Source of the DNA: a virus
Lineage: Duplodnaviria > Caudoviricetes
DNA: 39,507 nucleotides
Reading direction: 5' to 3' (one strand)
IMG/VR virus record: IMGVR_UViG_3300016371_000005
Location: 1 to 39,507 of that record
The notes under the pieces are model-generated. The model did not search any database and had not been told where the DNA came from. It saw only the letters and a program-made list of their open reading frames with translations. Shown piece by piece: positions 20,776-27,738 of the stretch (positions are counted from its first letter, which is position 1; every line of letters starts with the position of its first letter). Both the position numbers and the translations under genes were made by a program.

Positions 20776-20883
20776 AGACCAAGAAACGGCCTGGACAAGA
20801 TGGCACTCGATGATGAGTCGAGTAAGCTACCAGCCCACGAAAGAGAAGCAGGTCATAACTGCAAATCGGCGCGTTCTTGGTCT
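20776..20883 (+). ncRNA. Structured 5' leader domain, unknown class
   Basis: Closing stem AGACCAAGAA/UUCUUGGUCU; internal CUGG/CCAG, ACUCGA/UCGAGU and GCAG/CUGC helices. Confidence 0.6.
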
Positions 20884-20886
20884 AAT

Positions 20887-20984
20887 GACGAAACAATCTT
20901 CTGAGAACCGCAACACACTATACTGATGTGCTCTGACTCGGAGAGAAGATTGTCTATGGGCGAGCATACCCATACTGATGAGTC
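20887..20984 (+). ncRNA. Hammerhead ribozyme 1 (type II)
   Basis: GAC-GAAA (20887-93); stem III CAAUCUUCU/AGAAGAUUG; GUC site cleaving after 20954; stem I UAUGGG/CCCAUA; CUGAUGA (20975-81); GUC. Confidence 0.9.
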
Positions 20985-20995
20985 TACTGCTAACA

Positions 20996-21119
20996 GACGA
21001 AACATTGTTTCCTTTGAGAAGTAATACACGCTCTGCATTCTCCATGATCCGGAGACAACGTGTTAAGGACTTCACATAGCTGTTACAATGTCTACGAGTA
21101 ATTCTCGTACTGATGAGTC
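20996..21119 (+). ncRNA. Hammerhead ribozyme 2 (type II)
   Basis: GAC-GAAA (20996-21002); stem III CAUUGU/ACAAUG; GUC site cleaving after 21092; stem I UACGAG/CUCGUA; CUGAUGA (21110-16); GUC. Confidence 0.9.
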
Positions 21120-21138
21120 AACAACAATAGGAGAAGAT

Positions 21139-21477
21139 ATGAAGTTATTAGCTATTTGTACCCTCCTTTTATTAGGTTGGTTAATCTTTAAACCCAGCAA
21201 CCCTCATACATATACTTTCTATTCTAAACTTTATAATAGACAAGTAACTGTAGAATCTAAAGCCAAAGTTATTGCACTAGTTCTGAATAAAGAACTAGCT
21301 CTCAATAAAGATGGTGAAACTTATTGTCTTAATAAAGTATTATTTTATAGTTTACATACAGGATATGTAATCTGTAATACTTTAGCAATGACAGATGTTT
21401 ATCGTGTTTATTCCAATGGTTGGGATAAACGAGAAGTTTATTTCACTGAAGAAGATTTAAACTTTCTAAGAAGATAA
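21139..21477 (+). CDS. Hypothetical exported/membrane early protein
   Basis: AGGAG RBS at 21129; N-terminal hydrophobic segment MKLLAICTLLLLGWLIF. Confidence 0.7.
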   Translation: MKLLAICTLLLLGWLIFKPSNPHTYTFYSKLYNRQVTVESKAKVIALVLNKELALNKDGETYCLNKVLFYSLHTGYVICNTLAMTDVYRVYSNGWDKREVYFTEEDLNFLRR

Positions 21478-21503
21478 TTACTACAAATATTTAGAGGTGT
21501 CAA

Positions 21504-21665
21504 ATGTTATATGGAATTTTATTTGCTCTTATAGTTGTAACTGCTGGTTATATTTACATTAATACATCTCGTAAAAATACTTTGAAGAACAATAAAGTAT
21601 TAAAAGCCATGATTTGTAACAAAAAACAGAGGTTAATAGATGAAGCAAAGAAAAATTATAGGTAA
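21504..21665 (+). CDS. Small membrane protein (53 aa)
   Basis: GAGGTG RBS; MLYGILFALIVVTAGYIYI...; below the ORF-track cutoff. Confidence 0.6.
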   Translation: MLYGILFALIVVTAGYIYINTSRKNTLKNNKVLKAMICNKKQRLIDEAKKNYR

Positions 21666-21840
21666 TACTCTTCAAGAGTTTGTAGATGATGCTTATATAG
21701 ATGAAGAACTTCAAATGTTAATGGAAAGATTCCGTGAAACAGAAGTTCGTACAGGTATACAAGACCCAGCCATTCTCTTAGAAATATTTGATTATCTTGA
21801 CAATAAATTCAAAGAAAAAGTTCGCATAGCTCTTAACTAG
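21640..21840 (+). CDS. Hypothetical protein
   Basis: GAGG RBS. Confidence 0.6.
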   Translation: MKQRKIIGNTLQEFVDDAYIDEELQMLMERFRETEVRTGIQDPAILLEIFDYLDNKFKEKVRIALN

Positions 21841-21848
21841 GAGACTGT

Positions 21849-21974
21849 ATGGAAGATCTTTTACAATACATTAATGATCAAACTAATGAGGAGACAGATA
21901 ACTACGAAGATGATTTAGAAACTTATCAAAAAGTACTGCGGGATTTTCCGAAGAAGTTAATTACTTCAGACTAA
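21849..21974 (+). CDS. Small acidic protein (41 aa)
   Basis: AGGAG RBS; MEDLLQYINDQTNEETDNYEDDLETYQK... Confidence 0.6.
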   Translation: MEDLLQYINDQTNEETDNYEDDLETYQKVLRDFPKKLITSD

Positions 21975-21984
21975 GGAGATTTTT

Positions 21985-22233
21985 ATGGACTTCGCAACAA
22001 CTCTTTTTACAGATATTTGGAATACAACTCTTGAACCATCTAATGTTGAACTATTGAGTGTTTATAGACTCGAACGACTTAGAGAATATCCCGGAGTACC
22101 AATTAGAACTTTTAAAGATTGGTATAGCCATCGTGAATGGATGCGTGAAGAACGTAAAAAACATCTTAGAATGGTAAATAATTATCGTATTCTCGATGAT
22201 ATTGAACAAGAAGAGAATAAGAAGAAAGGTTAA
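21985..22233 (+). CDS. Hypothetical protein
   Basis: AAGGAG RBS. Confidence 0.65.
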   Translation: MDFATTLFTDIWNTTLEPSNVELLSVYRLERLREYPGVPIRTFKDWYSHREWMREERKKHLRMVNNYRILDDIEQEENKKKG

Positions 22234-22447
22234 TATGTTAGTAATCAAGGAACTTGTATTACATGATGATATAACTATTCAAGTTACTATCAAAGATTAT
22301 TACTTGGTTACTGATGTTTTCTTAATATTTCGCGGTATTGTAAGAGATAAAGAACGAGAACACAGATTCAAATTAGAAGAACCTTACGGCCGCTTTATCA
22401 ACAATGTTCTAGATTGTAAAGAATATGGAACAGAAGTTAGAAAGTAG
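22196..22447 (+). CDS. Hypothetical protein (start probably 22235)
   Basis: Dense early operon; AAGG before MLVIKEL. Confidence 0.55.
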   Translation: MILNKKRIRRKVNMLVIKELVLHDDITIQVTIKDYYLVTDVFLIFRGIVRDKEREHRFKLEEPYGRFINNVLDCKEYGTEVRK

Positions 22448-22452
22448 GACTT

Positions 22453-22773
22453 TTGATTACGGTAATATCCTTAATGGCAGCATTAAATGCATACAATATT
22501 CCTCCTCAGGATATTATGATGCTTACATGTATTGCTATAAAAGAATCAAACCTTAACCCTAAAGCTGTGAACCATCACAGAAACCAAAATGGTACTAAAG
22601 ATCATGGATTATTTCAAATCAATGATGTAAATAAGAAGTTGTGTGATGTAACTTCAAAAGAACTTTTAAATGTTCATAAAAATATTAAGTGTGCTGTTAA
22701 AGTATACTCCACACAGAACTTAAAAGCTTGGACTACCTATAAACTTTGTAAAAAAGAAATGAGAAGTACATAA
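22453..22773 (+). CDS. Lysozyme-like / lytic transglycosylase
   Basis: IAIKES (catalytic Glu), NGTKDHGLFQIND, NIKCA, KAW. Confidence 0.85.
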   Translation: MITVISLMAALNAYNIPPQDIMMLTCIAIKESNLNPKAVNHHRNQNGTKDHGLFQINDVNKKLCDVTSKELLNVHKNIKCAVKVYSTQNLKAWTTYKLCKKEMRST

Positions 22774-23012
22774 TGTTTGCAATGATTATCCTCAATCTAA
22801 ATACGGTACAATTAGAAATAGTACATACTAAAGGCAAACTTAAACTAGCCAAATCTGACTTGGATGCTGAAAGGTATGTGACAAGATATCTTCCTAATTG
22901 TAAATTATTAGGTACTTTCCCCAATCCTTCTGAACTTATAGATATAGTTATTAAGGAACATGCCAATGCGAACAAAAAAGAAACCAAAAAGCCGAGTAGA
23001 TCCAAAGGATAA
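22773..23012 (+). CDS. Hypothetical protein
   Basis: TAATG coupling. Confidence 0.5.
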   Translation: MFAMIILNLNTVQLEIVHTKGKLKLAKSDLDAERYVTRYLPNCKLLGTFPNPSELIDIVIKEHANANKKETKKPSRSKG

Positions 23013-23223
23013 AGATACTTACCCACCGCCACCAACTCACCATATTATTAAATGTAAGGAATGTTCTAAAGAAGCTAAAGTAGCTATTAGATATACAAGA
23101 CTTTGTGTGCGTTGTAGAGAAGAAGAGATTAGATCCAATACAGATTGGGCTGCTTGGAATGGAACATCACATATAGATTCAATCGACAGACAATTACCTT
23201 CTTGGAATACTAGAGGCAAATAA
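22960..23223 (+). CDS. Zinc-finger-like hypothetical protein
   Basis: CKEC...CVRC; AAGGA RBS. Confidence 0.55.
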   Translation: MPMRTKKKPKSRVDPKDKDTYPPPPTHHIIKCKECSKEAKVAIRYTRLCVRCREEEIRSNTDWAAWNGTSHIDSIDRQLPSWNTRGK

Positions 23224-23657
23224 TGGCTAAACATCGATCATTTGAAACATTATTAGACCAACTCTTAAAAGATTATGGTGAAATGTATCGTACAGAGTTT
23301 CATGAAGATAAAGCCAAATTTAATCTTCCACCTTTATTAGAACCACTAACTAAAGCTCAACAAAACACATTCTCTAAACCTATTGGTGGTAGAGATAGAG
23401 ATAGAAAACAAGCAGGAGATGATAAACAGTTTAGTGATGAAAGCACCCAGCTTTCTACTAAAGCTAGTAGTACTATTCAATCCGCAGCATACTTTACTAA
23501 GAAAGAATATTTAGTTGTCTCTTTTAAGTCAGGGGGCTCATATTCTTACTCTGGAGTTCCTGTAGATGTAGTACGAAGATGGGAAAACGCCTCAAGCGCA
23601 GGCAGTTATTTCTATTATAATATAAGGACTTCTTTTCCATATCAAAAACTTGGATAG
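23223..23657 (+). CDS. KTSC-domain protein
   Basis: SSTIQSAAY..LVVSFKSGGSYSYSGVP..ASSAGSYFYYNIR. Confidence 0.85.
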   Translation: MAKHRSFETLLDQLLKDYGEMYRTEFHEDKAKFNLPPLLEPLTKAQQNTFSKPIGGRDRDRKQAGDDKQFSDESTQLSTKASSTIQSAAYFTKKEYLVVSFKSGGSYSYSGVPVDVVRRWENASSAGSYFYYNIRTSFPYQKLG

Positions 23658-23838
23658 TGTCATGGAAGTATTCTTTAAAGAAATCAAAACTAAAGGCTTT
23701 CTAATGTGGGCCTGTTATCTAAATAAAATTGAAGTAGCTAGATCTTGGAGTCTTCCAGGAGTCAGAATGAGAGTACTTCAACTTATAAGGAGTAATAACA
23801 ATGGACGAAATAGACGAACATCAAAAGAAATCAATTAA
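23650..23838 (+). CDS. Hypothetical protein
   Basis: Operon packing. Confidence 0.45.
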   Translation: MDSVMEVFFKEIKTKGFLMWACYLNKIEVARSWSLPGVRMRVLQLIRSNNNGRNRRTSKEIN

Positions 23839-23938
23839 AGCAGCAGAAGACTACTTAAACGCTAAACGAAGCGGCATGCCAGAAACTATCATTTTTATTT
23901 ACAAAAAGACCTATAATTATATTTTGAGTAAGTTATGA
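23801..23938 (+). CDS. Small hypothetical protein (45 aa)
   Basis: AAGGAG RBS; MDEIDEHQKKSIKAAEDY... Confidence 0.55.
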   Translation: MDEIDEHQKKSIKAAEDYLNAKRSGMPETIIFIYKKTYNYILSKL

Positions 23939-24072
23939 GATTTAAAGTAGAAATACAACTTCCTACAGGAATTGTAACTAAAGTCTTCTTTGCTGAAGAT
24001 TTAACAGAATTGAATGAGAAAGTATTGAAAGAGTTTCCTAAAGGCAAAGTTATCGGAATCATTGGGAGTTAA
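23935..24072 (+). CDS. Small hypothetical protein (45 aa)
   Basis: ATGA coupling; MRFKVEIQLPTG... Confidence 0.55.
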   Translation: MRFKVEIQLPTGIVTKVFFAEDLTELNEKVLKEFPKGKVIGIIGS

Positions 24073-24096
24073 AGTTTTCTGATACTCCTCCGATAA
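24070..24096 (+). promoter_or_regulatory. sigma28 (FliA)-type promoter 1
   Basis: TAAAGTTT-N11-TCCGATAA against consensus TAAAGTTT-N11-GCCGATAA. Confidence 0.75.
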
Positions 24097-24118
24097 ATAT
24101 AATAGGGAGGATTCAGTC

Positions 24119-24241
24119 ATGAAAAAGAAACTAACAATCATTGCAATAGTCGGTGTAGTTCTTGGATGTTTAGTATCCAACTATTTTATTCTTAACTCTA
24201 ATTGGTACATCCAAAACACAGAATTATCTTTAAAAGATTAA
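24119..24241 (+). CDS. Small membrane/exported peptide (40 aa)
   Basis: GGAGG RBS; MKKKLTIIAIVGVVLGCLV... Confidence 0.65.
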   Translation: MKKKLTIIAIVGVVLGCLVSNYFILNSNWYIQNTELSLKD

Positions 24242-24250
24242 GGAGGCTTT

Positions 24251-24373
24251 ATGTTTAAGAAATTTTTCGAAGGTTCCTTTGGTATCTTTATAGGAATCTT
24301 AGGAGCCCAGATTATTGGTATCAGTATCTTCTTTTGTGCAATCTTATTCGCAATGTTTCTATTATTAGGATGA
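24251..24373 (+). CDS. Small hydrophobic peptide (40 aa)
   Basis: AAGGAGG RBS; MFKKFFEGSFGIFIGILGAQIIGISIFFCAILFAMFLLLG. Confidence 0.65.
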   Translation: MFKKFFEGSFGIFIGILGAQIIGISIFFCAILFAMFLLLG

Positions 24374-24376
24374 GTT

Positions 24377-26299
24377 ATGATAGTAGGTATCGATACTGAG
24401 TTTTTTGATAGTCAAGAAGCTCGAATGAAAGTAGTTGCTGCAGTCCTTTCCTTTCCTACAGAAACCAAACGTTACAATCTATTAAATCTAGAAGAACAAT
24501 ATTCCTTTCAACTTGAAATGGATAAGATCAAGGAACGAAAGGATATATTGATAGCACATGCAACTGCAGCAGAAGCTAGAAGTCTTATGGCCCTGGGTCT
24601 AGAGCCTTTTGATTATCAATGGATAGATACATATATAGAATTTACAATGTTGTGTAATTCTAATGACAAATATCGTTACGGTGATTACCTTGGGGATACC
24701 GGGGACATTAGAACTAGTTTTAAGCCTGACCCGTCGTCGGATGAAGAAAGCATACTTGATCATACTGAAACTCCTAAAAGCTTAGTAAATACAATTTATA
24801 AAATGCTTGGAATAAAGTTAGACCAAGAACAAAAAGAAGCTATGCGTACACTGATTCTATCAAAGAATCTGATTGAGATAAATGAAAGAATCAATGAGAT
24901 TCTAGACTATTGCGAATCTGATACTATCCATCTAATCAATCTAGATGCAGCACTTACTAAGGCCTTCGAATCTGAAGGTCTTTTTGATTTTAGAGAAGAT
25001 CAATTAGCTCGAGGAAGATATGCAGTAGCTACAGCTAAATCTGAAAATCTTGGAATACCTATTAATCTTGAGTTTCTTAATAAAATTATCAATAAAACTC
25101 CAGAGATTCTAGATATGCATAAGGAGACAGTCAATGGATACTTTAGATACTTCCTTCCGGAGACCCAAAGGCCTCCTAAACAATATAAAAATGGCCGTAT
25201 ATTTCATTACAAGCCGACGCCTGCGAAGAAGTCTGATGCTGCATATCAAGAATATGTGGGAACTTTGGGAATTAGAGATTTTCCAAGAACTAAGAGCGGC
25301 AAGTTCAAAAGCGACAAAGAGACACTTGAAGCCTGGGGATATTGGAAAGGCCTTGAGGCTCTTTGGAAGTACAATAAGACGGAAGCTTCTTTAAAATGGT
25401 TTAATAAGGATAATAAAAATGGTTTTTTTGATCGTTTCAGCTATGTGGATGAGTCTGTTAGGCCTTATTTCGGTATTTTCGGAACTCAAACAGGACGAAA
25501 TGCTGCCAAAGCGAAGACTTTTCCTCTTGCTATGTCAAGCTGGCTCCGTTCTATTGTGCGCCCTAGGGCTGGCCACTTTATTATAGGGAGTGATTTCTCT
25601 CAACAGGAGGTTTATGTTGCGGCAATTCTATCGAAAGATAATAACTTGCTCGAAGCCTACAATTCCGGGGATGTGTACTTGGCATTCGCTAAACAGGCAG
25701 GTCTCGTTCCGCCCGAAGCAACGAAAAGTACGCACAAACTCGAAAGGATGCTTTGTAAAAGTACGGTTCTGGGTCTCCAGTTCGGAATGGGCCATGAAAA
25801 GCTCAAAATCAAACTCAAACTCGATTCAGGTCAAGAGATAACAGATGAAAAGACTGCAGAACTCATAAATGCTCATAAATCTACATATCAAGATTATTGG
25901 GCATGGGTGAAGCAACTCTCATCAGATTATAAAGCTGGTACACCTTTGGTGACTAATGATGGTTGGGTTTTATGGTGTGACAATCCTGTTATGACTAGTG
26001 TAAGAAACTTTCCTGTACAAGCTAATGCAGCAGCTATCACAAGATTAGCAATTGTAAGGTGTTGGGAGATGGGATTACAAGTTATGTGCGGACTTCATGA
26101 TGCTATTTATGTAATCAGTAAAAATCCCGATATAGATGAAGGGGTCTTAAATGAGATTATGCTCTGGGCTACAGAACAGATTCTCAGAGAAGATAAGACA
26201 ACTATGCGTATAGATTCAAAAGTTATTGGATCTGATGAAATCTGGATAGAAGAGAAAGGTCAAAATGATTGGGAAAAGCTTAAGGAATTTCTTACTTAA
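24377..26299 (+). CDS. polA: Family A DNA polymerase with 3'-5' exonuclease
   Basis: ExoI GIDTE, ExoIII YCESD, TQTGRN, motif A DFSQQE, motif B RMLCKSTVLGLQFG, NFPVQA, motif C LHDA. Confidence 0.93.
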   Translation: MIVGIDTEFFDSQEARMKVVAAVLSFPTETKRYNLLNLEEQYSFQLEMDKIKERKDILIAHATAAEARSLMALGLEPFDYQWIDTYIEFTMLCNSNDKYRYGDYLGDTGDIRTSFKPDPSSDEESILDHTETPKSLVNTIYKMLGIKLDQEQKEAMRTLILSKNLIEINERINEILDYCESDTIHLINLDAALTKAFESEGLFDFREDQLARGRYAVATAKSENLGIPINLEFLNKIINKTPEILDMHKETVNGYFRYFLPETQRPPKQYKNGRIFHYKPTPAKKSDAAYQEYVGTLGIRDFPRTKSGKFKSDKETLEAWGYWKGLEALWKYNKTEASLKWFNKDNKNGFFDRFSYVDESVRPYFGIFGTQTGRNAAKAKTFPLAMSSWLRSIVRPRAGHFIIGSDFSQQEVYVAAILSKDNNLLEAYNSGDVYLAFAKQAGLVPPEATKSTHKLERMLCKSTVLGLQFGMGHEKLKIKLKLDSGQEITDEKTAELINAHKSTYQDYWAWVKQLSSDYKAGTPLVTNDGWVLWCDNPVMTSVRNFPVQANAAAITRLAIVRCWEMGLQVMCGLHDAIYVISKNPDIDEGVLNEIMLWATEQILREDKTTMRIDSKVIGSDEIWIEEKGQNDWEKLKEFLT

Positions 26300-26477
26300 A
26301 GATAAAAAGAAAGGCATTCTTCAAAATATCTCTTATTATGAAAGAGAATTAGAAAAATGTGAAACAGATATCGAACGCCGTGGTTATTATGATGAAGTGT
26401 ATCAAACAAAAGAGATAGTGCATTTAAAAGCAATTATTTCAGGCCATAAAATATCTTTACAAATTTTGGAAGGATAA
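26265..26477 (+). CDS. Hypothetical protein
   Basis: Operon packing. Confidence 0.5.
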   Translation: MIGKSLRNFLLKDKKKGILQNISYYERELEKCETDIERRGYYDEVYQTKEIVHLKAIISGHKISLQILEG

Positions 26478-26478
26478 T

Positions 26479-26775
26479 ATGAAATTTGAAAAATACTTAC
26501 TTAAGAAGATTTTTATTTATGAACGTAAACTTTATGAAGTCTATCATGATCCTAAACAAGCCGATCTACATAAGATAAAAAATATAAGTTTTATACATGG
26601 AAAGTTAGAAGGTTTTGAAGAAGCACTACATACTTTAAGGGAAAAATATCCTTTAAAGGAGCCTCAAATGAAAGAAAACTCAAAGATTGAATATACTGAA
26701 AGATCTATAATTGAAAAAGAACTTACCCCTATGCAAACTTTAAGATACTTAATTAAGAAATATTTAGGAATATAA
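26479..26775 (+). CDS. Hypothetical protein
   Basis: AAGGA RBS. Confidence 0.6.
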   Translation: MKFEKYLLKKIFIYERKLYEVYHDPKQADLHKIKNISFIHGKLEGFEEALHTLREKYPLKEPQMKENSKIEYTERSIIEKELTPMQTLRYLIKKYLGI

Positions 26776-26777
26776 CC

Positions 26778-27047
26778 ATGTCAATTGTATACTTAATCAA
26801 GGGCCATACAGGAGAATATGAAGATTCAATTGAATGGATAGCTAAAGCTTTCAAAAGTAAAGTTTCAGCTCAGCATTATTATAAACAATTATTAAATGTA
26901 ATCCACACCCATAATGTTAAGTATAAAGGTGCAGATAGTATTGAAATTCGTGAAGCCCTTGAAAGAAAATTAGAAGCTTTAGACCCCTTATGTCGCATAG
27001 ATTATAATGGGGTTTACTATGAAATTACCGAAGTCAAAGTTTTGTGA
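26778..27047 (+). CDS. Hypothetical protein
   Basis: VYLIKGHTGEYED..WIAKAF, a common small phage protein pattern. Confidence 0.65.
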   Translation: MSIVYLIKGHTGEYEDSIEWIAKAFKSKVSAQHYYKQLLNVIHTHNVKYKGADSIEIREALERKLEALDPLCRIDYNGVYYEITEVKVL

Positions 27048-27076
27048 TTGACAAATTCTTGGTAAGATTATATAAT
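27048..27076 (+). promoter_or_regulatory. Consensus sigma70 promoter
   Basis: TTGACA-17-TATAAT, perfect consensus. Confidence 0.9.
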
Positions 27077-27128
27077 TTACAAATGGCTCTCAAAGAGTGG
27101 TTCTGAGTGCCGAAAATAAGGAGTTATT

Positions 27129-27479
27129 ATGACAGTTGTTAAGAAGAAATTAAGTGCATCAGTTAAATATGTAAAATATTCGGCTGCTAAACCAGGAGAA
27201 ACTGTGGCTTTAGGTGTGTTCAAAGGTACAGAATTAGTACCGGCTTTTGATCCTACTGCACCTCATGTTCCTCAACATACAATTATAGATGAAGATGGTA
27301 CAGAAGTTAAACTTAATAGTGCAGGACAGTTAAATCACATTCTTAAAAGTGTAGAACCTGGCACTCCTATTGAGGTTGTATATCTTGGAAAAGAAAAGAT
27401 CAAGTCTAAGACAGGAAGAGTCGTAGAAGCCAATCAGTTCGAAGTTAATGAGCTTGTTGATGAAGAAGATGTAGCATAA
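27129..27479 (+). CDS. Putative single-stranded DNA-binding protein
   Basis: OB-fold-like beta pattern (IEVVYLGKEK), acidic tail DEEDVA, strong promoter, AAGGAG RBS, own terminator. Confidence 0.6.
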   Translation: MTVVKKKLSASVKYVKYSAAKPGETVALGVFKGTELVPAFDPTAPHVPQHTIIDEDGTEVKLNSAGQLNHILKSVEPGTPIEVVYLGKEKIKSKTGRVVEANQFEVNELVDEEDVA

Positions 27480-27487
27480 TATTTTCA

Positions 27488-27510
27488 GGAGCTTAGGCTC
27501 CTTTTCTTTT
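27488..27510 (+). terminator. Rho-independent terminator
   Basis: GGAGC-TTAG-GCTCC-TTTTCTTTT. Confidence 0.8.
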
Positions 27511-27513
27511 GGA

Positions 27514-27723
27514 GTGTATATGACACATAAAGAACAAATATTAAAGATTTTTAACGAAGCTCATATTGAGTATACTCTTAGTAATAATGAATATGGTTTT
27601 GAAATAGAACTTAATGCTGAAAAAATTGAAGAAGCTAAAGGTGTTACAGGATATTATGGATTTTTTGCTATATTTACTTTTAATGAAAATGAAACTCTTA
27701 CAGGTGTAGTATTAGGTGAATAA
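27514..27723 (+). CDS. Hypothetical protein
   Basis: GGAG RBS. Confidence 0.6.
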   Translation: MYMTHKEQILKIFNEAHIEYTLSNNEYGFEIELNAEKIEEAKGVTGYYGFFAIFTFNENETLTGVVLGE

Positions 27724-27738
27724 GTTTATGAGGTTATT

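Noticed and set aside
20800-20850. Third active hammerhead at UGAUGAGUC...CGAAAG
   Set aside because: C3 is replaced by A, stem II does not close, and the motif is held in a hairpin loop.
20855-20930. tmRNA resume-like motif ATAACTGCAAAT
   Set aside because: No tRNA-like ends and no tag peptide ending in AA; likely chance.
20827-21075. Minus-strand ORFs (82 and 61 aa) over the ribozyme cassette
   Set aside because: Antisense to the early operon with no convincing RBS; the sequence is explained by RNA structure on the plus strand.
20955-21092. Rolling-circle translation of the 138-nt (46-codon) circle
   Set aside because: All three frames contain stop codons when read around the circle.
20810-21120. 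CRISPR mini-array suggested by repeated (C)TGATGAGTC and GACGAAAC
   Set aside because: Repeats are too short and unevenly spaced, and they are hammerhead core motifs; no cas genes.
21088-21138. Longer start for the first early gene
   Set aside because: That ATG is part of the ACAAUGUC cleavage site; ATG 21139 has the AGGAG RBS and starts the hydrophobic leader.
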